Positions 49,901 to 61,900 of a stretch of 64,000 bases of DNA are shown here, one piece after another. The notes beneath the pieces were generated by a model that made no database searches, was not told the origin of the DNA, and worked only from the letters and a program-made list of their open reading frames with translations. Each line of letters opens with the position of its first letter. The stretch's first letter is position 1. A program made the translations under genes and the position numbers. The DNA lies in assembly GCA_963924565.1 (NCBI GenBank), contig OZ004613.1:22506001-22570000 (forward strand), in the 5' to 3' direction. This DNA is from Ascidiella aspersa (taxonomy: Eukaryota).

Positions 49901-52900
49901 TGAAGGTTTTCGCAATTGAAAGTGGCTAAAGCTAACCGATTTGACAACATTTTGGACGTAATACGCGATTCGCAGAAAATGCTCCAGACATAGTTCAAAT
50001 AAACTAGGCTCAAATCAGTCAAAGCTTTTAGGTTTGTAGGTTAGTGAATGATAGTTTATTCAATTGTATATCAAAAATATTTTGTTTGTATTAACCACGA
50101 AATTTATTATGAGAAACATGAAAGGTTTAGCCAGTAGCAAAAGTTAACAAAAAATCTTAATTCTGATAAAGTTGGTTCGAAATAAAAGTTAGAAAAGGGC
50201 TACGACGTTACAGCATAATTAACGAATTGTGTTCAGTGAAAAATCCCCCAACGTGTTTGACCATGTAAACGAGTTTGACCATGTAATTTTTTGTTCAAAG
50301 CTTATGTTAGTTATCCATTTAAGGGTGTTGTTTGTTATTTATTTTGCGCACTAAACGATGTTTGGTTACTTTTCAAGGTACGGTCTCACTACTCAGCCCA
50401 TGAGAGCGCTCCAACGTGACGCAGCCACGCTGGATGTGACGTCACAAGACGAGGTCTGTGAGCAAACAAAGGAACAACTTAAAAAAATCATCCAGGTATT
50501 CAAAAATGTCGAAATGCTGTTGTTCCTACTGTTTAAATGATTACAATTCAGAATCCCCAAGAGTGATAGTCACGGCTTGTGTGTGACGCAAGCCAATGCT
50601 TTAAACAAAAGGCCTTTCACGATAAACCAATCAACATGATAGGGTCAATGCGGTTATGAAGAATGGAAGTTAACTGTTCACGATTAAGTCAGTGTGAACA
50701 TAAACTCGTTGTAAAACGCACTTTGCAGAACAAAGTTATACACAGAGTATAAATAGAGCATGTTATCGAAACTGTAAACTGATCGTGACTGATTCATTGC
50801 GTCCCCACTGTACTTGATTTTTGTGTAAAAAGTCGAAAGTTCGACGCATGCTTTGTCAACATGCGTAGGCTGTGAGTCAAACAGCAAAATAGAGGCCGCT
50901 GCTTATTCTGCTTTTGGAGTATATTCTGTGTAGAGTGTCAGCTTCAGTAAATGATACCAGACAATAGCTAGACTAATGGACTTGTTTAGTACTGCTTTTT
51001 AATCTTCTATATGGGAGTTTAGATTTACGTTAAAGATTCTTAGCGTAAAATGTGTTGTTCAGAGGTACACTGGGAGCATAATTATAAGTAATACACAAAT
51101 GGTTTTGGTTTGGACACTGCACAAAACCCGCTAAGTTTATTCGATGAGCACTGTACTCCTGTCATAAATATCTGTTTTTCTGTCATTCATTTTTATTGCT
51201 TCACAAGGTGTATTTATAGTTACAAGTTTTTTAGGTCAACAATTTAAGCAAGCTTTACCTAATGCTGACGGTGGTTTGAAAAATCGCTTTAGTTTTGCAT
51301 GAATATTTACAAAGTATAATTGCCAACTATACTTGCAACACTTTAGAATGGGTCTCTTTAACTTTACACGGCCAAGGCATTTGGGTGAATTTTGCCCGCT
51401 GTTGCCAATTCTACAAAAACTGACTGTACCTGGAACCCCGGTCGAGGTGGGCATCCTATACGCACACCTGCGCTTAAAAACTCGATAAAGCAAGCGACAT
51501 ACTTTCATCGGGTTTTCGGAGTGAAACAGAAACCCACTTTATAGGGACCGAGGCAGCACACACTCGCAACGGGGGCGTGTGCATCCCGGCAATAGCGCGC
51601 GCCAGAATAGAACAGGAAAGACTGATGCTGGCTTAAAACTCAATGCACGAAACCGGCCGCTTCCTACAAAGCAAGCTCTGCTGAGCGGCGGTATATGCTC
51701 TTAACTTGCTGTATACAGTTGCATGCGAATGTAAAAAGATCAAAAAGGAAATGCAGTGTCAATATAACGCTCGTGGTCATGTAGTGCAGGTGGCTATGTG
51801 ATTGCTGTTGAACTTCTGAGTGCAGCAACAACTTGCGTATTGTAGGAGAGGAATACGTTTAACGCAATTATGGCTACCATTGGTTGAATATGTTCGTTTG
51901 CCATATAAGTTACACAGCAAATTGTAGTAAATTTAATTTAAAAAAAAGGTAACGACTTATGAGTTGCTGTGTTTAAGTCGCACTTAATACAGTGATGTGT
52001 CAAGCATTTAAGTCCTGGGATCTTTAGAACAAACCTAGTAGTATAATTACTATCCTCCAGAAAAAGTTTCATCCACACAATTCAAAAAGTTTAGCAGTGA
52101 TATCTAAACAAAGTGTGGATATCTGTCAACAGTCATTACAATATTTTCTTTAGCACCAAAAAGAGTCTTATAAGAGACTGAAACAACTGCTTCTATCCTC
52201 GCAAGACAAGTATCAGAGGATGTCGGTGGACATGGAAGAAGAAAAAAGGAAGCATCAGGAGTACATGCTAAAGTCGGACGACTTTGTCAACCTTTTGGGT
52301 AAGTTTGCTTCTGGAATGTTTGTAAAAAGTTTACGAAGGCTAGACGGATCCAATAACCGCAAAATAGAAAGAAAATATTCGTAAAACTGCAGTAGAAGCT
52401 TGGTTAAGACGGTTTGCTTTTCGAAAACGGCATATGCGCCATTCGACAGACGTAACTCTAATAGTGTCTAGCATATTCATGTTTTGTGGAAATACTTCCT
52501 AGCCTAAATGATCGAAATATCGTAAGTCATGTGGGTAGGTCATTTGATAAGATAAGACGTTTTATAATTTTAATATTCGTTGCCTTTTAATTTGACGCCG
52601 AATTAGTAGAAGCGTTCGGCGGAATAACGACATAAATTACCCAAAACATTTAACGAAATGTCTGTTAAGCCTATCAGTCAATGCATTAACGTCACAGGCA
52701 CTTGAGTACAGATAATAACAAGGCGTCAAACGGATCTATTGCTGTCGTCCTATCAGTTGTCGTATCTGCTTTCATAATTTAAAACAAGGGTTGCTCCTAA
52801 AGCCAGAGCTATACACAACCCGTTAACAACATCAGCGTAAACTAAATAAGTTCTTTGACAACCACAAAATGCCGAGTGCAATAACGTATGCGTCACAATT

Positions 52901-55900
52901 TTGTTCGGGCAATAATTTGAGATAAAGTATGCGCCACCAAAGTCATAAACAACAATAGAAAGCGGTAAATGGTGGCTGATCTTCACAGGGTTGTATCTGG
53001 CACCAACTAAAGCGCGAGCAAAACTATTGGATACAGAATACTATGTACTGAACACGAAAGAGCGCGAGAAACTGCAATTTTAAATCATTTGTGACAGTCG
53101 TACTACATCTCGTACAGCTTCGAAACCTACAAATTCAGACCAGCGCGAGAAATAAGCCATGCGCGAGACCGCAGATGCTAACATGTACGCAAGTTATGCA
53201 CGCGTTTTATAGACAGCTGTTAGTTAAACAGCCGTGGCGTTGGCTGATTTAGGCATCTTACACCTGTTTTATATTTCCTAAATGCAATTGTGCAGCTTTG
53301 CTACCTACATCACTTATAATGCAATCCTCTCGTTATTGCAATGAATAAGATAGGCTTTTCTTTTACAAAATAATAGTTATTAGTAAATTACCATTTATAA
53401 TATCCTTATACTAATTTGCGTTAATAGTAAAGAATTTCGGATGTTACTAGGATTTAAACCAAAAATAATATTCTTATATATCCAACCCCTTTTAGATAAT
53501 GTGAATATAGGAGTCGAGTGACACATGATCTGTAATAGAAATAGAACTGGGCGTACAAACTTTTAATTTGTTGCCAAACTTTTCTCATCGAGTTTACGTT
53601 TGATTTAAAGCACCACAAATACGCTTTGTTCGTGGGAGCGTTAAAAACTTGTATTTTTGCAAATAATTGTAATTTTAGTGAAATTATGCGTTTAATATAG
53701 TATAAAAAATGCATTACCTACTGCACCTCAACAGCAACCCTAGTTTGGCAGCGTAGCCACACTCACATGTTTCCAATTGACTATTTAAAACAGATAACCC
53801 ATCTTTTAAATTTATTTCATGTATTTAACACAGAACATGACAGAGAAAGACTTAAACAAATTCTGGAACAGGAAAAAGGAGTCCACGAGCGAAAGGAAAA
53901 GGAATTAATTCGCAAGATTAAAGACAACAAGGTGAATGGCGTTTTTCTTACAACATAAATTTAATAGTTAAATGAAATATAACTGTTCTTTATCAGATGG
54001 CGCATTTTTAGCGAAACTTTGAGTTTAATTAGAGTTAACTTGTAAATTTATAAATATTATAATAACATAATGAAAAATAATTTCCGAATAATACACTGTG
54101 GTAGTTACTTGAAATGGTTGCATCGTTAAGTTTATATTATAAACAGTCTGTTACTAAGCGATATATAGTTCCCTATCACCAATAGCCAAACCATAAACCA
54201 ACCGCATTAGCTATCATCATTGATGAAGGTGCTAGACAGGATATGTTCCCAATCAAAGTCATTTAAAACCATACGAATCTTAATCCATAACGGCAGGACG
54301 AACTCTCGCGCCTTAAATCCTTGTCTCTGGAGTTGGTTGAAGAGAGACAGGAACAGCTGCAGGCACTCAACGAGCAGAAACAGCTGGTCTCTACGCTGCA
54401 ACGCCAGGCTCAAGAACTTGAAGATAAGGTAAGGAAAAAGGGAGAAACAATCCGAGAGCGCCCTGAGCATTCCATAATGACGTAACAAAGAAGTGTAAGA
54501 ACTTAAATTCGATCGGGAAATTCGAATGTAAACAAATGCTTGTTGACTTCTGCTATAAGAACGTCCGCTGTAAATGCTTGTTTATGTTTAGGAACACGAT
54601 AGAGAACTTCCGCTGAATGCTAGCAGCCGAACATATGCTCAAGGGTCGCTATATCAATAATAAAGGGCATATTTTATAATGAATATAACAAGAATTTCCA
54701 TTTCTTCTTATTTGAAGGCCATTTCAATTGCAAAAACATCATTTGGAAAAATAACGCTATCGAAACAATTTAGATTGCAACTTCATATGGTTACCAACTA
54801 TAGTTCTTAAAAATGGTTTTCGACAAATTAGTATAAATAAAAGCCTTGATCTGAACAGACCTACGTCTTCAACATTTTGATATCAGTTTGCACTTACCAA
54901 GTAAAAATGATAGTTAATTTTGTGACAAATATCGGCATTAGTTCATAATTTCATGAGGACTGACCATTAACTAAAAGACTCAATATTATAAGTTGAGAAA
55001 GATTTTACTAATTCAACTTTTACGCACTTCTTAAAGGTAAAAGACACCGAAAAGCTTGCTGCCACTGAAAAAGATCACGCGACACAGCTGGAAAACGAAC
55101 TTGAGGAACAGTCGAACAAGTTCTACCGAGAAAACGAGGAATTAACCGCCAAGCTTGTCGCCGAGGAAAACAAGACGCAACAGTTGGAAGAAAAGGTGCC
55201 CATATATCTTGTTAAGCACAAACAAATTATACAACAAAGGCATTCTGTAATAAAACGTTTCCCATGAATGTTAAACCTCTTCCTGAAGAGGCATTGTCGG
55301 TGTGTTCACTGTCATGTGTCCAAACCGCGCGTCACTTACAAATTTTAACCAGTTACCAAAAACCATCAGAGATGGCCAAGCTTGTAGTAAAATGCGCAAT
55401 TGTTTATTCGCTTTTACTTACGCGCCACACAAACTTTTATTGTCTGAAGAAGAAACTAATATACGCATACGGAATAAAAAAAAACACAAACAATATAAAA
55501 GTATTTCTATGCTTCAGTTGCATAAAATTCCTCTTATTTTCTATAAATCGGATGTTATTATATTTTACGATCGGATATTTTCTTTACAATTTATTTTTGG
55601 TGTGTAGTGCGCCACTTGGAATCTTGTAAGCCCCCACTGTTGGCGCATGTGCCACAGGTTTGCCACCCCTGCTGTAAACGAACGAAATCGCTACATAGCC
55701 CTTTTTTCAATATTGGCAAAGATGCACAAATATAAAATGAATTTCGAACCTTGAACCTTGTTCAACGCTCATTTTACCGAGTAACAGATATAACAACAAC
55801 ACGTCGTTCAACATTCTTCCGCAGATTATCACACTCACAAAGCAGATGAAGAAGCTCAAATGCGTGGACAAAAACCTCCGGAAGACCGACGACCAGCTCT

Positions 55901-58900
55901 GGAGGATCAAGGAGAAGCTGGAGCAGGACGACAGGCAGGAGGACCTACTGGAAGAGGTCGAGCTCCTCCGGAACACAGTGAGCGACATGCAGGAGGCAGA
56001 GAAGATATACGTCCAGGTAAAGGGAAGACACGGTGTTGTAGTGAAAATGCTTATTGCACGTTTTGCTGAAGACGTGGCCAATGTGTGGTTTGCAGAAATG
56101 TAATTATGTAAGGTAACAAACAGACAAAAAGTCCCACAAGATTTTAATCCATTATAAGCATGTTGAGGCAAGTGCAGTCCTTTAATTAAATTCTATTGAT
56201 TTAAAGCTCTGCAACCAAGTTAACTTTGTAACATTCTGAGCAATTTTCCTGATTGCATAAAGTTAACATACAACAGGCAGTAGTTTTTTGCCTACCACAA
56301 TAGTTTCCATTTTAACCACATTAAACGTGGATCATAAAAACTAAGATCTTCGGCTTGTTCACCAATGTAACAACAATAAAACTCAAAGTTTAAAAACCTG
56401 AGTGAATACAGGATCAGACATTGCAACAATGAATTTGACCTAATTCCCAAAATGTGCCTTCATGCACTGCCAATAGAATAATAGCAGTTTTGGTGTAAAT
56501 TCGCAACACTTTTAGGGACTTAAACCATGTTTATACAAAGGCAAACTGATCAGTTTACAGCCTTTTCTAACGGTGTGATAGAGCAAAACTGAAAAATTGC
56601 GCCTAAGAATGCTGTACTCAACCCACAGCATGTCTTCACAGCCAAGATGGGCTAAGTTAGCCGGTGGCCTAGAATCTCAGCTTAATTAAAATCACGCCGT
56701 TGGCAATCGTTACCACGCCGTAAATACGCGTTTCGAAAAAAAAAAATAATACGCGAAACGTCAGTTTTGCAACATGTCACGGGCAAGCGGATCATAGGTT
56801 AATTACGCTATTTACGGTGCAACGCCGTACTCTTCCAGGCGAGTTAGCGCACTTAATTTTTTTCCAAGGCCCAGGACGAGTGCCGCGAGTTGCGAGTCGC
56901 GCTCGAGTCGGAGTTGACGCACACCAAGGCGCTGGGCGGTGAGGTGGAGCGATTGCGCAAGAACGCGCGCAACCAGACCGAGATGGAAAGGTGCGTGGAG
57001 GAGGCCAACTTCCGACTGGACGAGATGCAGCAGTTGCTTGTGGCCGAATGCAGGAAGGCTGACAAGATGAAGGCGCAGCTCGAGGTGTGCCTACTTATGG
57101 GGATGTTTTTTTAGGTTTTGTGATTAACGTTGAAGGCATGTTATCATACGCGAAAAAAAACAAAAAAAAATAAAACTAAAAACGCACTGCACACCAACGT
57201 TCGGCGCTATGGATGTCATATAATACCAGATGAGCCGATAACTGTTACGAGGTCGTAAGATCGGGACTCGGCGATACTAGGTGTAACCATACTCAGACAA
57301 CTAGATAAATTAATAATACTAGTTTTCTAATTCACTAAATTAGAGCAAAACACGGCAATTCTAATCTAATTTGTAAATTGCTTGTGGGCTCTTATTCGAG
57401 TTGTAATCTAATTTGGATTTTACCTAAAATGCTATTTTTAGTTTCTTACTCTTTGGTTGGAACTACTTGTATGTAATTTGCGGTCTGAAAAGCATATTAA
57501 AATATCACAAACATATTTACCATTCACATTCGTATTAGAAAAAATCGCAATTTAAATTAAATTGATTGTGAATTATTAAATGTAATTCTAGTTCAAATTC
57601 GTTTTTTTAAGAATTCGGTAATTCTAATTCTAATCTAATTTGAGAAAACTCAACATTATCCAATTCTAATCTAATTTTAAAAGGCTAAAATAGATCTAGT
57701 TGACCAAGTCTGGGTACAACTGCCAAATTTTATGAGGAACTCAGTAAGCATAACTAATGGGGTCCAAGGCAGCAAACATTATTTAAAGAAGAATATATTT
57801 TTGTCGAAACATAATATTTTACAACTATAAGTAGTCTAATATCTAATGCTAAAGCGACTTTTGTCTCAACGTCATAATTAAAACAACTTAAGCATTCTTT
57901 ACGTTTTGTGTTTGTTTTGCCTTTGTCATAATCAGACGGCCCTTCTGCTGACATACAAGTTCGGCTTTTGGAAGAAAATAGGTAGAATATGGCGCAACCC
58001 TAGCAGCGTTTTACGACGTTAATGAAAGGCGGGAAATTACCTCCGATCCGATATTATCGGACATAACTAGCAGCGTTTATCAATCGCTAACAAACGGGAA
58101 CATATCCGTTTGGTCAGCACTCGCAAAGCGCGAAATATGATTGACATGGTATAAAACCTCACAGGAGTTCCAGGTGCGCTTTGCCAAAATGGACGAAACG
58201 GACGAGACGCTGAAGCTTAGCGAAAGCAAGGTGAAGCAGCTGCAGCAGAACATCGCTGACCTGACGAGCGAGAGGGACAGGCTGGAGACGAAGTTGGGTG
58301 TGGAGAAGGACAAGTGCGCTCAGTGCCTCGAAATGCTCGAAGACGAACGGGACACGGTGCGTTATTTTGCTTTATAGCTGTTCTGACCGGGGATGAATGG
58401 CCTTACTCGACTTGTCCCATAGAAGATCCAGTGTTACTAACATAATGTGGCAAGCATTGGCGCATGGTTGCTTTTCGATTCGCTCCTCTCTGAGCCTGTG
58501 TAGCTCAGTTGGTAGAGCGACGGTCCCGGTATGGCCGGAGGTCGTGAGTTCGAACCTCACTGTAGACTACTCATTTTTCTAGCCTGCCCTGCTTGGATCA
58601 TTGATTGACAGATTCGGTGAGTCTGCAATGGCTCTCGGTGTACCAAGACCCAGTGTTGTAATGAACTAAGTCAGTAAACTTAAGTCGCTGTTATTCAAAT
58701 TACTTGACTTTATTTTGCTGTATAGCCGCACTGGCCGGGGATAGAATGACCTTACTCGACTTGTCCCATACCAAGATGCAGTGTTGTAATGACTTAAGTC
58801 AGTGCACTTAAGTCACTGTTTTTGTATCACGTGACTTGAGATAAGTCCTTTGGGCCTAATGCTTTGGCTTGAGTTACGTCTTTCAGGTTAATGTCTTCGG

Positions 58901-61900
58901 TTTAAATGTCGTGTTTTCAATAAACAATTTTTTCATAAAACTGGGTTATTTTAATAATTTTTGCACATAAAGCAATTCGCTCGCTATTTAGTTTACCAGT
59001 TTTATTAGTTTAAAGTTTTACTTTCATGTCAATCACATGACTTGAAGTTGACTTGCTCTAATTATGACTTGAGACTTGTCTTGAAATTAAATCAAAAAGA
59101 CTTGACTGGGGCTTAAGTTATTTCCAAATGACTTGTTTACAACACATCTAATATCATTATAAGTTATTTTGGATTGGTTTACCTTCTATTTATATATATA
59201 TACTTTTTTTCTCAATTTTTTTTACATTTTTAAGAGTTTAGATTAGTACTTGATTTACAGCAAAAGGAACCAACCAAAAGAGTTAAAACCTCTGAATAAT
59301 TCCAGATTACCAAGGTGTCGCAGAAAATGATCGAAGAAAGCAAAAAGGTGCTGAAACTGAAAGAGCAGCTCGCAACGCTCGACACAAAGAAGTCAGAAGA
59401 AATCGAGAAGCTGCGCCAACGACTGGAAGCCTTAGAAAAGCTGCATTCTGAATGCATGCCCAAGGTATAGAAATTAAAATAAATACATGTATTTCGCTAT
59501 GTGTGATGCAGTCGTTATTAAGGGACTTAAAAAAAAGTTTTTATTATAAGATTATATTTGGAACAGAATTTGCCTTTTTTTAATTTATAGTCCACGCAAA
59601 GGTTCCAATTTTTTGTGGTTTGCGAACGAAAAGAGCTCCTATGCAGTAATAATATGATACCAATGTTTATCGTGCCTAAGTGACACTAAGTTGATTTGTT
59701 TGGAAGTACATACTAGAGAAAGACTAATGTATCGGTTTATTTTTAATTAATTTATATTGTAACTATTTTCCAGGTATATAAAAAAATCGTTATCGGTATT
59801 GGCCCGAAAAAGAGATATCGGTCTATCTCTACTATATTGATCCCTTTCAAACACAGCACGCAAAATGGCTTTTGGTCTCCAAATTTACCATGGCTCGATT
59901 TTGAAGAGCGCCCAATCTAACTTAATGTAGTGATTTTTCGACTTTTTCGTTATTGCCATTAGCATGTTAATCTTAAAAAGCGGACCGATTATTTCTTAGT
60001 CTTTTCGGCGTGTAATTTAGAACATTTTCTATCAAACGTTCTTGTTTTATTCCTTGTATCGACAAAACATCCATATGCGCAGGAGAGGAAGGCCCAAATA
60101 GACGCGCTAAACGTGAACCTGAAGAAGCAGGTTGCTATGCTCAAGACTAGGCTGGACCGACTCGAAGACGACAACGACCTCAAAGAAAAGGAGCTTAAAC
60201 TGGCGCGACAAAATAACGACAAGGCGAACACAAACGTAGGTTAACCCTGTCGATGTGTGTTTTTCTTTATACTATAGGCAACGCACTGGAAAGGCATCGT
60301 TATACGGTATTGCTTCTTCTTGCAGATAACTGCTAGCAAAACCTAATCATTTTAAGTAGAAGTGAAAAAACACTTTTCTGGGCGAAAAATTTGACCTGTG
60401 CGGATAAGATACTCGACCGGTTTAGAATATTTAGTAATTAACTTAAAAGTGTTGATAAGCAAATAAGACTTTAGAGTTGTTGTAATTTGTAAACCTGATA
60501 TTAGTAGGAAATGTAAAATGTGCCGAATTATTAGCCAAACACCCTTCTAAATCGAAAAATAGCACACAAACACCGGTTTTGAAACCTGTAATTAGTTTCT
60601 TTGGTTGAGTTCATTTGCTGTGTCAAAACATCTTACAACAATTTGCGCGTTTAGCTCCAGATTTCAACCGACAAGTTGAAGAAGTTGGTTTCTCTCGGCC
60701 TCAACGAGCAAGTTGCGATTGCAAGGTACGAAGAGTTCAAGGAGAAAACCTCGGTTAGTAAAACATTAAATCTGTACGAACTCTAAATCAACCAACAAAA
60801 TTGCGTCAATATTAACATAGGCTGTTTTTTAGACTTTGGAAATTGCCAACGACAATCTCAAGAAAGAAGTTGCCTTGTTGGAAGAACGACTTCAAGGCGA
60901 AAAGTTACCGAAGTCCACCAACACCAATAACAACAACATTATTTTGAAAGTACGTTCCTTGTGTGTGACATGAATAATCATGGACTTCATATTGAATAGT
61001 TAAAACGCATATTTTAGCTAAGCAATCTGCCCCAACAAGCCCAAACTATACGCCGCAATATGAGCAATAAGAACAATCTGTGATGATAGAAGTCCACCTT
61101 TTTTTCAACATCTGTTTTCGAAACATCTCCGCCCTCGGTTTAAATACTAGGTAATAGTGACAAAGACACTGCATTTTAAACGTTGGACTCCAAAAAGAAG
61201 CAGGATATTTTAATATTTTTAAGGTTTTAAATATCACTGTAGCAGTTTTACCATAAAAGATATTTCTTTCCCTGTTCTATCTTAAGTAATTAAACATACG
61301 GACAATCCAGGGGGTCGCGATGTCCAACATTGCCACGCAAACGACCACGGACAACGGATCACCGATTCCTACGAGCCCTCGTGTGGCGGCCACACACCGA
61401 AGCACTTCGTCGCGTGGGGGAGCTAGCGAGACCACCACTACGCGTTCGTCGTCTGTACGACGCGTTTCGTCATCAGGAATACGTAGGGAAACGTCAACCG
61501 ACGCTAGATCGACACGAAACCACTCGGCAACGACTGCTACTGTAAGATATAGTTTCTACTAAGATACTTAAAATCTAGTTACTTGTAAGACATTCAATCT
61601 TGATATATACACCGCAAGTCAACGCAGACTAACCGAATCTGTCGATCAATGATGCACGCAAGACAGGCAAGAAAAACAAGTAGCCTGTAGTGAGGTTCGA
61701 GCTTACGACCTCCGACCATACCGGAACCGTCGCTCTACCAACTGAGCTAGACAGCTCGAGAAACAACCATTAATGTATTGTAGATTTGCAAAAAACCTTA
61801 ATATGTGACATTATCGAAAACAGATGCGTTGATTATAAAATCTGTCGCAGATGCGTTGATTATAAAATCTGTTTCTATTCACACTGAACTATTTGAAACA

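Noticed and set aside
55282-55460. Other CTGANGA hits (55283, 55444, also 37043, 39010, 40504)
   Set aside because: No stem II plus GAAA plus stem I arrangement; not hammerheads.
58492-58568. tRNA gene
   Set aside because: A and B boxes are present, but the acceptor stem and anticodon arm are irregular, and a second diverged copy shares a non-tRNA tail. This fits a SINE.
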